Assembly: GCA_965219685.1 (NCBI GenBank)
Contig: CBDCOH010000002.1
Location: 2,528,001-2,592,000 of the forward strand
Source of the DNA: Candidatus Spongiisociaceae bacterium
Lineage (GTDB): Bacteria; Actinomycetota; Acidimicrobiia; Spongiisociales; Spongiisociaceae
DNA length: 64,000 nucleotides
Direction: 5' to 3'
The position numbers and the translations under genes are program-made. The number at the start of each line of letters is the position of its first letter. Positions within the stretch are counted from its first letter, which is position 1. The notes beneath the pieces were generated by a model that did no database searches, had not been told where the DNA came from, and saw only the letters and a list, made by a program, of their open reading frames with translations. This document shows positions 1 through 9,920 of this stretch, piece by piece.

Positions 1-201
1 GACGGTATTACGGAGGCGATGAACGCAGAACGAGAAGAGTTCGGGATGGAGCGGATGCAACAAGTTTTCGCCGATCAGCCTCCGGCTAGTGCAAAGGAAG
101 CAACCGAAATGATCTTCGAGGCGGTACACGCTTTCGCTGGAGATACCGCACAATCAGATGACATCACCTGTCTTACCATATCTCGTACCGGGACACGCTA
201 A
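1..201 (+). CDS. C-terminal fragment of PP2C/SpoIIE (RsbU-like) phosphatase, truncated by window start
   Basis: Frame 1 reads DGITEAMN...FG...AFAGDTAQSDDIT, containing the DG and DD motifs of PP2C-type SpoIIE domains. Stop overlaps the start of an anti-sigma kinase. Confidence 0.85.
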   Translation, partial: DGITEAMNAEREEFGMERMQQVFADQPPASAKEATEMIFEAVHAFAGDTAQSDDITCLTISRTGTR

Positions 202-635
202 TGAAGACTCTGATGGACATGACCGTCACTGCGCCGGCGACAGAGACAAACGAGCAAATCCTCGCGCGTATCTCATCGAAGGTAGACCAGCTGGGGGAGG
301 AAGGTAACTGGCCACCCAGGCTCGTGTATCTGGTCAATCTGACGCTTGAAGAGTTGGGTCTCAACGCATTGACCCATGGCCGGGAGCATGGCTTAGACGA
401 GCTATCCATTACTATCCAGTCGGGAGCGGAGAGTATTGTCATTAAAATGCTCGACAACGGCGCTCCGTTCGATCCGCTCACAGACGCACCGATACCGGAT
501 CCGGATGCCCCTCTGGAGTCCCGACCCATCGGCGGACTCGGCATCTATCTGATACGGAACATGATTGATGAAGCCCATTACGAACGTGCGGATGGAAGGA
601 ACTGCTTGACCTTGATCACGAGGAGGAACCAATAA
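201..635 (+). CDS. RsbW-like anti-sigma factor / Ser kinase (HATPase_c_2)
   Basis: LEELGLNALTHG (N box), DNGAPFDP (G1) and RPIGGLGIYLIR (G2). Confidence 0.88.
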   Translation: MKTLMDMTVTAPATETNEQILARISSKVDQLGEEGNWPPRLVYLVNLTLEELGLNALTHGREHGLDELSITIQSGAESIVIKMLDNGAPFDPLTDAPIPDPDAPLESRPIGGLGIYLIRNMIDEAHYERADGRNCLTLITRRNQ

Positions 636-637
636 CG

Positions 638-1924
638 TTGACGGCCAGGAAATGGTTCGTGTTCCTTTCAGCCCTAATCGTGGTCGCCAGCACGCTTGCC
701 TCATGCGGCTCAGATGAAGTTGACGGGGTCTCGACACCACCCTCCGTAGGTGAGGAGGTCGTGCAGCAGACCGAAAGCGGAACAGCCTCCTCCTCAATTG
801 CAGCCGAGGGCGGAACAGGTGTCGCCGGCGTGTCCGATCAGTCGGTGACCTTTGGTCAGTCGGCCGCGTTCTCGGGACCGGCCCAGGAACTCGGCAAGGG
901 GATGAGGCTCGGCATCGAGGCAGCGTTTGACGAGGTGAACCAGCAAGGTGGTGTCCACGGCAGGGAACTGAAACTCATCGCATACGACGACACTTACGAG
1001 CCCGAGGCCGCCATTGCCAATACCATCCATCTGATAGAGGACGATCGAGTATTCGCCCTGATCGGGGAAGTTGGTACACCGACCTCCCGCTCTGCTACGC
1101 CGGTGGCTGCCGATGCCAACACGCCGTTCATCGCCCCGTTTACCGGAGCCGCCTTCCTAAGGGACCCCGGCTGGGCGAACATCGTAAACCTGCGCGCATC
1201 CTATGCACAGGAGACCGAGGAAATGGTCGCCCGGATGACTACCGACTTGGGTATCGAGCGGATCGCCATCATGTACCAGGACGACTCGTTCGGTCGCACG
1301 GGCTATCAAGGAGCGCTGGCGGCGCTCCGGCGCCGAGGGATGGAGCCGGTCTCGGTCGGCCTATATCCCCGCAACACGACCGCGGTCAAGACGGGACTGC
1401 TGGATCTTCAGCGCGGTGACCCGGAAGGGGTGATCATCGTCGGTGCCTACGACCCCGTAGCCGAGTTGATCTCATGGGCGCGCCACACCGGGTTCGACCC
1501 CGTCTTCATAACCATCTCCTTTGTCGGGAGTAACGCCCTCGCCAGAGAATTGGGTCCTTACGGTGAGGGCGTCTATGTAACGCAGGTGGTTCCCTTCCCG
1601 ACGGACGAGTCGATACCGATCGTGTCGTCCTACCTGAGCGCGCTCGCCGCCTACGCCCCCAATGCCGAACCGGGCTTCGTGTCGCTCGAGGGCTACCTGG
1701 CGGGACGGCTCGCGATTGCCGGACTGGAGATGTGCGGCCGTGATCTCAACCGGGCCTGCTTCCTCGATGGTCTCCTGACCGGTGACAGCATGGAGTTGGA
1801 GGGGTTTCCCCTGAGCTTCGGCACAGACGACAACCAAGGCTCCGATCAGGTCTTTCTTACGGTAATCGGCCCGGATGGCGGATACATACCCACCGACGTG
1901 CTGTTAGGGCCGGACGATGCTTGA
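638..1924 (+). CDS. Periplasmic-binding-protein type 1 (LivJ-like) lipoprotein
   Basis: Lipobox LASC; FGQSAAFSGPA, GGVHGRELKLIAYDDTYEP and GEVGTPT are typical of branched-chain-type ligand-binding proteins. Confidence 0.88.
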   Translation: MTARKWFVFLSALIVVASTLASCGSDEVDGVSTPPSVGEEVVQQTESGTASSSIAAEGGTGVAGVSDQSVTFGQSAAFSGPAQELGKGMRLGIEAAFDEVNQQGGVHGRELKLIAYDDTYEPEAAIANTIHLIEDDRVFALIGEVGTPTSRSATPVAADANTPFIAPFTGAAFLRDPGWANIVNLRASYAQETEEMVARMTTDLGIERIAIMYQDDSFGRTGYQGALAALRRRGMEPVSVGLYPRNTTAVKTGLLDLQRGDPEGVIIVGAYDPVAELISWARHTGFDPVFITISFVGSNALARELGPYGEGVYVTQVVPFPTDESIPIVSSYLSALAAYAPNAEPGFVSLEGYLAGRLAIAGLEMCGRDLNRACFLDGLLTGDSMELEGFPLSFGTDDNQGSDQVFLTVIGPDGGYIPTDVLLGPDDA

Positions 1925-4145
1925 TCGGATACGCAAGGTCGCAGAACTCCGCTTTCGCATCTCGATACAGATGTACCTGGCGATCGGCGGCGCCGTAGCC
2001 CTGACGATTGCCGCCAGTTTCGTAGGCTGGATCTCGTTCAACAGCGTGGGAGAAGCACAAAAGCGAGTGACCGAAGAAAGCGTGCCGGAGCTCGGCGCCG
2101 CCTTCCGGATCGCTGAGTACAGCGGTACGCTCGCAGCCGCAGCTCCTCGTCTGACCGCGTCCACCACTCCGGAAGACCTGGCTACCGTGTCAGCAGAGAT
2201 CGCTGTGGCTCAGGAGGGATTCGAGGAGCAGATGAGACTGCTCCAGCAGTACACAGGCGATCCCACCTTCGAGGCAATCCGTACCAATGCCCAAACAATC
2301 CTCTTCCGCCTCCTGTTCAACATCAACGCGATTGAAGGAGGCATGCCCGTACTCTTCGAGCTGAACGACGAATCAGAAAAGCTCCGTCTGGAGCTCATCG
2401 ATCTTCGCACCAGCTTGGAGTCTCTAATCGTTCCCGAGATAGACGATCAGCTCTTTTACCTGCTGACCGGATACAGCCAGCTTGGCGAGCCGCCTGTGGC
2501 TCGAGTACTCCACCTTTCCGAATCTGAGTTCAACCGTTACCGGCATCTGGCAGCTCTCCGCGAAAACACGACACTGGCCACACAGTTACTGTCGAGTGCT
2601 TTCAGCGTCTCAAACGCGGCCTTGATTGAACCGCTGCAGGAGAGCTTCGAATCGGCCGAGGGTCGCCTCAGGGTCAGCATGGCCGCCCTCGGTGATTTTC
2701 CTATTTCCGAGGGCATTCAGCCGATACTCACCCGCCTCTTCGAAATGGGTACCAATGAGGATGACGGCTTCGACTTGCTCATCAGCAAACATCAACTTGA
2801 GGATCGGCAGCAGGCACTCCTCACCGAGAATCGCAACCTCTCCTTGGAACTCCTCGGCGGTGTCGACGGTCTCGTTACGGTCTCCGAAGGCAAGGCGGCG
2901 ATCTCCAACGCAGCCTCAACCCAGGCACTCCAGACAGGACGGACGCTGCTACTCGTGATCAGCGGCGTAGGTGTGCTGGGCGCTCTCATCATCGCCTGGG
3001 GATTCGTGGGGCGTGTCCTCCTCAGGAGAATCGGACGCCTTTCCGAACGGATGCGGCACATGGCAGACGGAGACCTTGAAGGAGAGGTAGACGTCCATGG
3101 AAGGGACGAAGTAGCTGAGATGGCTGCCGCCCTAGAGGTGTTCCGTCGTCACGCTCTAGAAGTCCAGAGGCTGAATCTCGTCGAGAAACTCGCCGAGGAA
3201 CTCGGTGAGAAGAACTCCCAACTCGAAGACGTACTCGCCGAACTCCAGCGTGCTCAGGACCAGATCGTCATGCGCGAGAAGTTGGTAGCGCTCGGTGAAG
3301 TTACCGCTGGAGTGGCTCACGAAATCCGGAACCCTCTCAACTTCGTCAAGAATTTCTCAGAAGCGTCCCAAGAACTGATTGAGGAACTCGAGGAGATCTT
3401 CGAAGAAGCAGAGGGGGAGCTCTCGGAGGACGACCAGGAATATGTTGAAGAGGTCGTTCAAGACCTCACCGACAATCTCGAGCGCATCCGTAACCATAGT
3501 GAACGCGCTAACCGTATCGTTCACGACATGCTGATGATGGGCCGTGGCGGTGGCGAGTGGCGAACAGTCGACCTAAACCTGCTACTCAACGAGCACGCCC
3601 TGCTCGCCTATCACAGCGCTCGTGCAACAGACCCTGAGTTCCAACTAGATCTGCAGCGTGACCTGGATCCGCAAATGGGTGAGATGGACGCAATACCACA
3701 GGATCTAGGTAGAACATTCCTGAACATGGTGGGTAACTCCTGCCATGCAACGGACAAGAAGCGTAAAGGGTTGCTGGCGTCCGGACAGATTGGTGACTAT
3801 GCCCCGGTCGTAAGACTCAAGACCAGACGTAAAGACGATATGGCGGTCGTCTCCATATACGACAACGGCAGTGGCATCCCGCAAGACTTGAAGGACAAGG
3901 TATTTAACCCCTTCTTCACCACAAAGCCAACCGATGAGGGTACGGGACTCGGGTTGGCGCTCTCAAGTGACATCGTCAGACAACACGGCGGCAGCATCCG
4001 TGTCGAGTCGGTCGACGGAGAATTCACGGAGATGATCATCGAGCTTCCACTCACCAAGCCGGAGACCGCGGCAGGAGAGGAGGACAACCGCCTCACGATA
4101 GATGACGATGATGATGACGACTACTACTATGATGACGACGAATAG
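1917..4145 (+). CDS. Membrane sensor histidine kinase (large helical extracytoplasmic domain, HAMP, HisKA, HATPase)
   Basis: Two TM segments flank a ~300-aa helical domain; HAMP (GRDEVAEMA); H-box AHEIRNPLNF; DNGSGI, FFTTKP and GTGLGL boxes; acidic tail. Confidence 0.92.
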   Translation: MLDRIRKVAELRFRISIQMYLAIGGAVALTIAASFVGWISFNSVGEAQKRVTEESVPELGAAFRIAEYSGTLAAAAPRLTASTTPEDLATVSAEIAVAQEGFEEQMRLLQQYTGDPTFEAIRTNAQTILFRLLFNINAIEGGMPVLFELNDESEKLRLELIDLRTSLESLIVPEIDDQLFYLLTGYSQLGEPPVARVLHLSESEFNRYRHLAALRENTTLATQLLSSAFSVSNAALIEPLQESFESAEGRLRVSMAALGDFPISEGIQPILTRLFEMGTNEDDGFDLLISKHQLEDRQQALLTENRNLSLELLGGVDGLVTVSEGKAAISNAASTQALQTGRTLLLVISGVGVLGALIIAWGFVGRVLLRRIGRLSERMRHMADGDLEGEVDVHGRDEVAEMAAALEVFRRHALEVQRLNLVEKLAEELGEKNSQLEDVLAELQRAQDQIVMREKLVALGEVTAGVAHEIRNPLNFVKNFSEASQELIEELEEIFEEAEGELSEDDQEYVEEVVQDLTDNLERIRNHSERANRIVHDMLMMGRGGGEWRTVDLNLLLNEHALLAYHSARATDPEFQLDLQRDLDPQMGEMDAIPQDLGRTFLNMVGNSCHATDKKRKGLLASGQIGDYAPVVRLKTRRKDDMAVVSIYDNGSGIPQDLKDKVFNPFFTTKPTDEGTGLGLALSSDIVRQHGGSIRVESVDGEFTEMIIELPLTKPETAAGEEDNRLTIDDDDDDDYYYDDDE

Positions 4146-4205
4146 TCCCGGTCGCCCTTCGGGTAGCCGCGTTCACCCCATTCGCCGGCGCCAAATGATC
4201 GGAGC

Positions 4206-4910
4206 GTGAGCATGTCCGGCCCGCCCCCCGCCGCACCTCCTCCGGTCGAGTTCGTCTATGTAGGCGACGTGATGTGTTCGTGGTGCTGGGGATTCGCCCC
4301 AACCCTTCACCAACTGGAGGAACGATTCGGTGCCCCCGTGACAGTCGTCAACGGCGGTCTCCGGCCAGGACCGTACGCCAGGCTTCTCGACGATGAAATG
4401 GCCGGGTACCTGAGCCATCACTGGGAACAAGTCTCCGAGGCGAGCGGGCAACCCGTCGATCCGTCGTTCCTCAACCGGCGTGACGGTTGGAAGTTCGACT
4501 CCGAGTTCCCGGCCATCGCAGTCACGGCTATGCGGGAGCGCCATCCCGCTTCGGCCCTCCGCTTCTTCACGGACATCCAGCGGGCCTTCTTCGCGCAGCG
4601 GGTCGACGTAACCGATCCTGATGAGTATCGACCACTGCTCGACGGCTATCCGGTCGAGCCCGAACCCTTCCTGGAGTATCTGCTTAGTCCCGAGGCTCAG
4701 CGGGCGGCCTGGCAGGACTTCGAAGAGGCACGGGGCTTCGGCGTCTCATCCTTCCCGGCACTGATGATCAGGACCAACGGGACGGTAGCCACGGTCACCA
4801 AGGGGTGGCAGCCGTACGAGCGGATAGAAGAGCCGATACGGGCTTACCTCGCGGAACACGGGTACGAGATACTCGACGGCCAAGTCTGCCCGATCAACGA
4901 GCCCTGCTAA
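4206..4910 (+). CDS. DsbA/FrnE-family thioredoxin-fold protein
   Basis: DVMCSWCWGF CxxC motif and GVSSFPAL cis-Pro loop. Confidence 0.85.
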   Translation: MSMSGPPPAAPPPVEFVYVGDVMCSWCWGFAPTLHQLEERFGAPVTVVNGGLRPGPYARLLDDEMAGYLSHHWEQVSEASGQPVDPSFLNRRDGWKFDSEFPAIAVTAMRERHPASALRFFTDIQRAFFAQRVDVTDPDEYRPLLDGYPVEPEPFLEYLLSPEAQRAAWQDFEEARGFGVSSFPALMIRTNGTVATVTKGWQPYERIEEPIRAYLAEHGYEILDGQVCPINEPC

Positions 4911-4913
4911 TCA

Positions 4914-4934
4914 CACCTAACACCTAACACCTAA
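4914..4934. repeat. Heptamer tandem repeat (CACCTAA)3
   Basis: Three exact copies between convergent genes; the last copy contains the minus-strand stop codon. Confidence 0.85.
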
Positions 4935-5191
4935 TGCTCCATCGCGCGGAGCATACCGATGAAGCCCCCGCCGAAGACCCCGAACAGGACTCCCGGGAGC
5001 AACCCCGCGACGATCGAGGTCTCCAAGCTCTGGCCGGTCACCAGCCAGACCGCGGCGCTGACGAAGACGACCATCAAAGGAAGGCCGACCAGCGCGCCCT
5101 TCAACACCGCTCTGCCGAAGGTCAGGTCGAAATTCTCACCGTCGTGATCACCACCGTCGCCGGTGGCGGGATCATGTCCATGGTCGGTCAT
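4931..5191 (-). CDS. Small two-TM membrane protein
   Basis: MTDHGHDP... followed by two hydrophobic helices. Start placed at the ATG at 5191 rather than the upstream TTG. Confidence 0.65.
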   Translation of the reverse strand: MTDHGHDPATGDGGDHDGENFDLTFGRAVLKGALVGLPLMVVFVSAAVWLVTGQSLETSIVAGLLPGVLFGVFGGGFIGMLRAMEH

Positions 5192-5266
5192 CCGAGCCTT
5201 CCATCGTCGTCCATCCCGCCAGCTACCGTAGCTCCGGCGCGCGGCCTGGGGCAACTTCCATCGGCG

Positions 5267-5944
5267 TCACCACGGGCCGGGCGACTCGACTGCCGTCCGC
5301 AACCTTCGCAGGTACTCGGCCTGCCGGATTTCGATGGCTCCGAGCGACTCCAGGTGAGGGGTTATCCACTGCACGTCGAACACCGCCCTTTCGTAGGGTT
5401 CGAGGAGTTCAACCATGCGAGCAACGGCCACCTTGGAAGCATCCCTAGCTCGGTGGAACTTTGACTCACCGGCGAAGAAGGCCCCGATCGACACCCCATA
5501 CATGCCGCCGACGAGCTCTCCCTCGTGCCAGACCTCGATGGAGTGTGCCCACCCGAGTTCGTGCAGCCGGGTATACGCATCGGCTATCTCCGCTGTTATC
5601 CAGCCGTGGGGGCGGGCCGGGTCCGCGCAGCCCTCAACCACATCCCGGAAGCACCTGTCGATGGTCGTGTCGTAGCGCCTGATCGATCGGCGCAGGGAGC
5701 GGGAAGGCAGGAACCGTTCGGCAGGGATCACAGCCCTAGGGTCCGGTGACCACCACGCCATCAACCGGCTTCCTTCCACGGGCATCGGGAACAGACCGGC
5801 TCGGTAGGCGGCGAGCAGCGTCTCGGGCTCAAGGTCGCCACCCAGCGCCACGGGTCCTGGGCCATGGGAGATGGGGACTGTGGACACCCTGCGGTCATCC
5901 CGGCCGCCGGCGCGGCGGCTCGACGGATCAGAGGAGCGAGGCAA
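5267..5944 (-). CDS. aat: Leucyl/phenylalanyl-tRNA--protein transferase
   Basis: GGDL...AYRAGLFP, WWSPDPR, GWAHSIEVW, FAGESKFH and DASKVA motifs. Confidence 0.93.
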   Translation of the reverse strand: MPRSSDPSSRRAGGRDDRRVSTVPISHGPGPVALGGDLEPETLLAAYRAGLFPMPVEGSRLMAWWSPDPRAVIPAERFLPSRSLRRSIRRYDTTIDRCFRDVVEGCADPARPHGWITAEIADAYTRLHELGWAHSIEVWHEGELVGGMYGVSIGAFFAGESKFHRARDASKVAVARMVELLEPYERAVFDVQWITPHLESLGAIEIRQAEYLRRLRTAVESPGPW

Positions 5945-7400
5945 GCCGCTCGATCCCGGGACGGATCGCCTCGAGCTCGATCACTGCGAAGCCCAGTTGG
6001 AAGTAGTTGGCGGGGCGCGGCTTCCCGAAGAAGCAGGCATCCCCCCGCTCGATCACAACGCCAACGGAGCGGGCTCGCTCCGCCAGGCCGGCCCCGTCCA
6101 GCGTGGACGGGCCGCGAACCCAGAGGCTCATACCCCCATCCGTCGGGGACACCTCCCACGGGAACAGGTCCGACACCGAGTCCGTGATCACCCGCCACTT
6201 CGACTTGAGCACGCGACGGTGACGCCGGATCACCCTTCCGTAATCCCCGGCTTCCATCATGAGTGCCGTCGTCCGCTGGATGATCCCGGGCGGATGGCGC
6301 AGCATGTGATGGCGCAGGCGCCGCAGATGTCGGATGAGGTGGGAATCGCCCACGACAAAACCGAGCCGCAGGCCAGGGGCGAGAAACTTCGAGAAGCTCC
6401 CCACGTACACCACCCGACCTGAGGTGTCCAGAGCCTTGAGCGCCGGGGGAGGCTGGCGGGAGTAGCAATACTCGGAGTCGTAGTCGTCCTCCAGTATCAC
6501 GACCTCGTCCCGGGCGGCTCTCGACAGGATCTGGCGCCTCCGGCCGATCGCCATCGTCACGTTGGTGGGAAACTGGCGTCCCGGCGTCACGAACAGCAAG
6601 TCCAGGCCGCTCATCCGCTCCGGAACCGTGATCCCCTGCTCATCGACCGGCACGGAGACCGGCACGGCCCCCTGCCGCACGAAGATGTCCCTGGCATCGG
6701 GGTACCCCGGTTCCTCCACTCCGACCCTGGAACCGCCACCCAGCAACGCCTCTGCCACCAGGTGGATCCCGTGCTGGGAACCGAGTGTGACCAGTATCTC
6801 GTCGCGGCGCGCCTCGATCCCTCGGGATGGGAGGATCGTCCGCCGTATGTGCTCCACCAACAGCGGATCGTCGCGGTCGTCCAGGTTGTGCAGGCTGGGA
6901 CCACGATGCTCCTTGCGCAGGGCGGTGCGCATGGCTCGGGTCCAAGCGCCGATCGGGAAGGTCTCCGGGCCGGGACCGACCACGAAAGGATAGGGATAGC
7001 TTCGCCAGTCCCGGGGCTTCGTCAGGTCGGCCACACCCTCTGGTGAGGTTCCCAAGATCAGGTCCCAGTCGAGGGAGCCCCCATGTTGCTCCCTGGCCGG
7101 CTCGAACACGGCAGCCGGACGGCTCGCGAGACCGCGGTTGATTACGTAGCCCACGCGTTCGATCGCCTCGATGAAGCCCTCCGCCACGAGCTCCCGGTAT
7201 GCACGGTTCACGGTGTTACGCGAGAGGCCCAACTCGTCGGCCAGGGCGCGCGACGAGGGGAGCATGTCGCCTCCGCCCAACTCACCGGTCTCGATCGCGC
7301 TGCTGAGCGCATCGCGCAACCTTCGATAGCGCGGTCCCGCCTCCCCGCCGGGGAAGTCAACGAGGCTGGCCAGCCTGACGGCCTGCTGTCTGGAACTCAC
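5928..7400 (-). CDS. MocR/GabR-family regulator (GntR wHTH + PLP aminotransferase-like domain)
   Basis: LPSSRALADELGLSRNTV HTH; EDDYDSEY and GSFSKFLAPGLRLG. Confidence 0.93.
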   Translation of the reverse strand: MSSRQQAVRLASLVDFPGGEAGPRYRRLRDALSSAIETGELGGGDMLPSSRALADELGLSRNTVNRAYRELVAEGFIEAIERVGYVINRGLASRPAAVFEPAREQHGGSLDWDLILGTSPEGVADLTKPRDWRSYPYPFVVGPGPETFPIGAWTRAMRTALRKEHRGPSLHNLDDRDDPLLVEHIRRTILPSRGIEARRDEILVTLGSQHGIHLVAEALLGGGSRVGVEEPGYPDARDIFVRQGAVPVSVPVDEQGITVPERMSGLDLLFVTPGRQFPTNVTMAIGRRRQILSRAARDEVVILEDDYDSEYCYSRQPPPALKALDTSGRVVYVGSFSKFLAPGLRLGFVVGDSHLIRHLRRLRHHMLRHPPGIIQRTTALMMEAGDYGRVIRRHRRVLKSKWRVITDSVSDLFPWEVSPTDGGMSLWVRGPSTLDGAGLAERARSVGVVIERGDACFFGKPRPANYFQLGFAVIELEAIRPGIERLASLL

Positions 7401-7464
7401 AGGTACCGCAATAGTGCTCGAATCTCACTTTACCCCGGTTCGATTGACGATTACATTGCCGCGT

Positions 7465-8796
7465 ATGGTGACGAACCCAGACTTGAAACACCTTTTGCTG
7501 CACTTCACAAGCGCCGACAGTTGGCGGCAGGGAACCATCCCCTTGTTCACGAGGGGAGAGGGCTGCTACCTCTGGGACCAGGGAGGGACGAGGTACTTCG
7601 ACGCGCTGGCGGGCCTGTTCGTGGTCCAGATCGGACACGGCAGGGCGGACATCGCCAAGGCGATGAGCGATCAGGCCGAACAGCTGGCCTACATCCCGTC
7701 GTGGTCGGCTACCACGCCGACGACCATCGAGGCCGCCAGACTGATCGCTGACCTGGCACCCGGCGACCTTGACACGGTCTTCTTCGTGAGTTCCGGCTCG
7801 GAGGCGGTCGAGTCCGCCCTCAAGTTCTCCCGCCAGTACCACGCGGCGAACGGGAACCCCGGCCGTACCAAGGTCATCTCGCGAGTCGACGCGTACCACG
7901 GAACCACCCTCGGAGCCCTCTCGGCCACGGCCCTTCCGGGCATCAGGGATCCCTTCCGTCCGTTGCTGCCCGGGTTCAGCAACGTGGCCAACACCCTCGG
8001 GCACACCGACGGGGTGGCCTGCGCCAGGCTCGTGGAGGATGAGATCCTCCGCCAGGGACCCGACCAGGTCGCCATGGTCATCGCGGAGCCCGTACAGAAC
8101 GGTGGGGGCGCCATCGTCCCGCCCGACGGGTACTGGCCGGAGCTGCGACGGATATGCGACAAGTACGGAGTGTTGCTCGTGGCGGATGAGGTCATATGCT
8201 CGTTCGGCAGGGTCGGTGCGTGGTTCGGATCGGAACGGTTCGGCGTCACGCCTGACCTGATCACTTTCGCGAAGGGAGCCACCTCAGGCTACGCGCCCAT
8301 CGGGGGGATCCTGGTCAGGCGCCCTCTGGTCGACCGGGTACTCGACTCCCCCGCCGGGAGCTTCCTCCACGGCTCCACCTGGGGAGGGCACCCGGTGGTG
8401 ATGGCCGCTTCGGTGGCCAACCTCGCCGCCATGCAGGACGAGAAAGTTGTTGAGAACGTGGCTCGAAACGAGGGGGCGCTGCACGAACGCCTCCGTGACC
8501 TCATGGCATCCCACGACGTGGTGACGGAACTGCGGGGCACCGGTTACCTGTTTGCCTTGATGCTCGGACACAGCCGGACCCACGACCGCCCGTACTCCAC
8601 CGAGGACACGGCCCTCGCAATCAAGGAAGTGCTGCCCCGGCTCGCCCTCGAGGCACGCATGCACCTGCGGGTCGACGACCGGGGCGGCGCCAAGATCATG
8701 GTCTCACCTCCCCTGATCGCCACTCTCGAAGAACTCGACGACATGCTCGAACGGATGTCTCAGGTTCTCGATCGGCTCCCCTCCGCAATGCGATGA
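7465..8796 (+). CDS. Class III (omega-amine:pyruvate type) PLP aminotransferase
   Basis: SGSEAVE, AYHGTT, AEPVQNGGG, DEVICSFGR, FAKGATSGY (PLP Lys) and HGSTWGGHP. ATG at 7465 follows a TACATT -10 box. Confidence 0.9.
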   Translation: MVTNPDLKHLLLHFTSADSWRQGTIPLFTRGEGCYLWDQGGTRYFDALAGLFVVQIGHGRADIAKAMSDQAEQLAYIPSWSATTPTTIEAARLIADLAPGDLDTVFFVSSGSEAVESALKFSRQYHAANGNPGRTKVISRVDAYHGTTLGALSATALPGIRDPFRPLLPGFSNVANTLGHTDGVACARLVEDEILRQGPDQVAMVIAEPVQNGGGAIVPPDGYWPELRRICDKYGVLLVADEVICSFGRVGAWFGSERFGVTPDLITFAKGATSGYAPIGGILVRRPLVDRVLDSPAGSFLHGSTWGGHPVVMAASVANLAAMQDEKVVENVARNEGALHERLRDLMASHDVVTELRGTGYLFALMLGHSRTHDRPYSTEDTALAIKEVLPRLALEARMHLRVDDRGGAKIMVSPPLIATLEELDDMLERMSQVLDRLPSAMR

Positions 8797-8812
8797 CCGC
8801 ACAGGTGCACGC

Positions 8813-9907
8813 TTGAACATCGGCGTCGTCACGGAGACGAAGCCCGACGAGAGCCGCGTCGCGCTGACCCCCGGCGGCGTCCACGCCCTCAGGGAGGCGG
8901 GGCACCAAGTCATGATCGAGATCGGAGCCGGCCTGGGCTCCTACATCCCGGACGACGAATTCGCAGGCGCCGGAGCCACGATGACCGCAGCGGCGCAGAG
9001 CATCTGGTCGGACGCCGACATCATCGTGAAGGTCAAGGAACCTCAAGCCGATGAACTGTCCCACCTCTCCGACGATCAGATCCTCTTTACGTTCCTGCAC
9101 CTAGCCGCCTACCCGGACGTCGCCGAGGCGCTGTGCGAGGCCCGAACGACTGCCATAGCCTACGAGACGGTGCGCCGCCCGGACGGCAGACTGCCACTGC
9201 TCGCACCCATGTCCGAGGTGGCGGGGCGCATGGCAGCCCAGGTGGGGGCCCGGTTCCTCGAGAAGTCGGGGGGCGGAAGGGGCGTCCTGCTCGGCGGGGT
9301 TCCCGGGGTCGAGTCGGCGAGCGTCGTGGTGATCGGCGCCGGCTCGGCCGGTACCAACGCGGTACAGATCGCTGTCGGCATGGGAGCCGATGTCACGGTG
9401 TTCGACCTCAATCCTGACCGTCTGCGCGAGCTCGACCAGATGTACCGCGGCGCGGTGACCACCCTCATGGCCAACCGCGCGGATGTGAGGCGGGCAGTAC
9501 TGGATGCCGACCTGGTGATCGGGGCGGTTCTGCTCCCCGGCGCGAAGGCCCCCCGTGTCTTGACCGCCGAGGACGTCGAGGACATGAAGCCCGGCTCGGT
9601 GGTGGTCGACATCGCCATCGACCAGGGCGGTTGCTTCGAGACCTCCCGGGAGACCCGGCATTCGGATCCGACCTACGTGATCGACGATGTAGTGCATTAT
9701 GCGGTCGGGAACATACCGGGTGCGGTACCGCGTACGTCCACATACGCTCTGTCCAATGCGACCCTCCCGTACCTCCGCCTCATAGCCGACGAGGGCCTCG
9801 ACGTCGCCATGGAGCGCCGCCCGGAACTGTGCGAGGGTGTGAACACCCGGAACGGCGAGATCACCAACCGAGCGGTCCTGGCTGCTCTCGGGAGCACCGG
9901 GCCCTGA
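8813..9907 (+). CDS. ald: Alanine dehydrogenase
   Basis: [43 protein letters not shown] and [11 protein letters not shown]. Confidence 0.95.
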   Translation: MNIGVVTETKPDESRVALTPGGVHALREAGHQVMIEIGAGLGSYIPDDEFAGAGATMTAAAQSIWSDADIIVKVKEPQADELSHLSDDQILFTFLHLAAYPDVAEALCEARTTAIAYETVRRPDGRLPLLAPMSEVAGRMAAQVGARFLEKSGGGRGVLLGGVPGVESASVVVIGAGSAGTNAVQIAVGMGADVTVFDLNPDRLRELDQMYRGAVTTLMANRADVRRAVLDADLVIGAVLLPGAKAPRVLTAEDVEDMKPGSVVVDIAIDQGGCFETSRETRHSDPTYVIDDVVHYAVGNIPGAVPRTSTYALSNATLPYLRLIADEGLDVAMERRPELCEGVNTRNGEITNRAVLAALGSTGP

Positions 9908-9920
9908 TGGCGGGATCCCG

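Noticed and set aside
4914-4934. Telomere-like repeat (TTAGGTG on the minus strand)
   Set aside because: Only three copies, internal, and best explained as one of the heptamer arrays.
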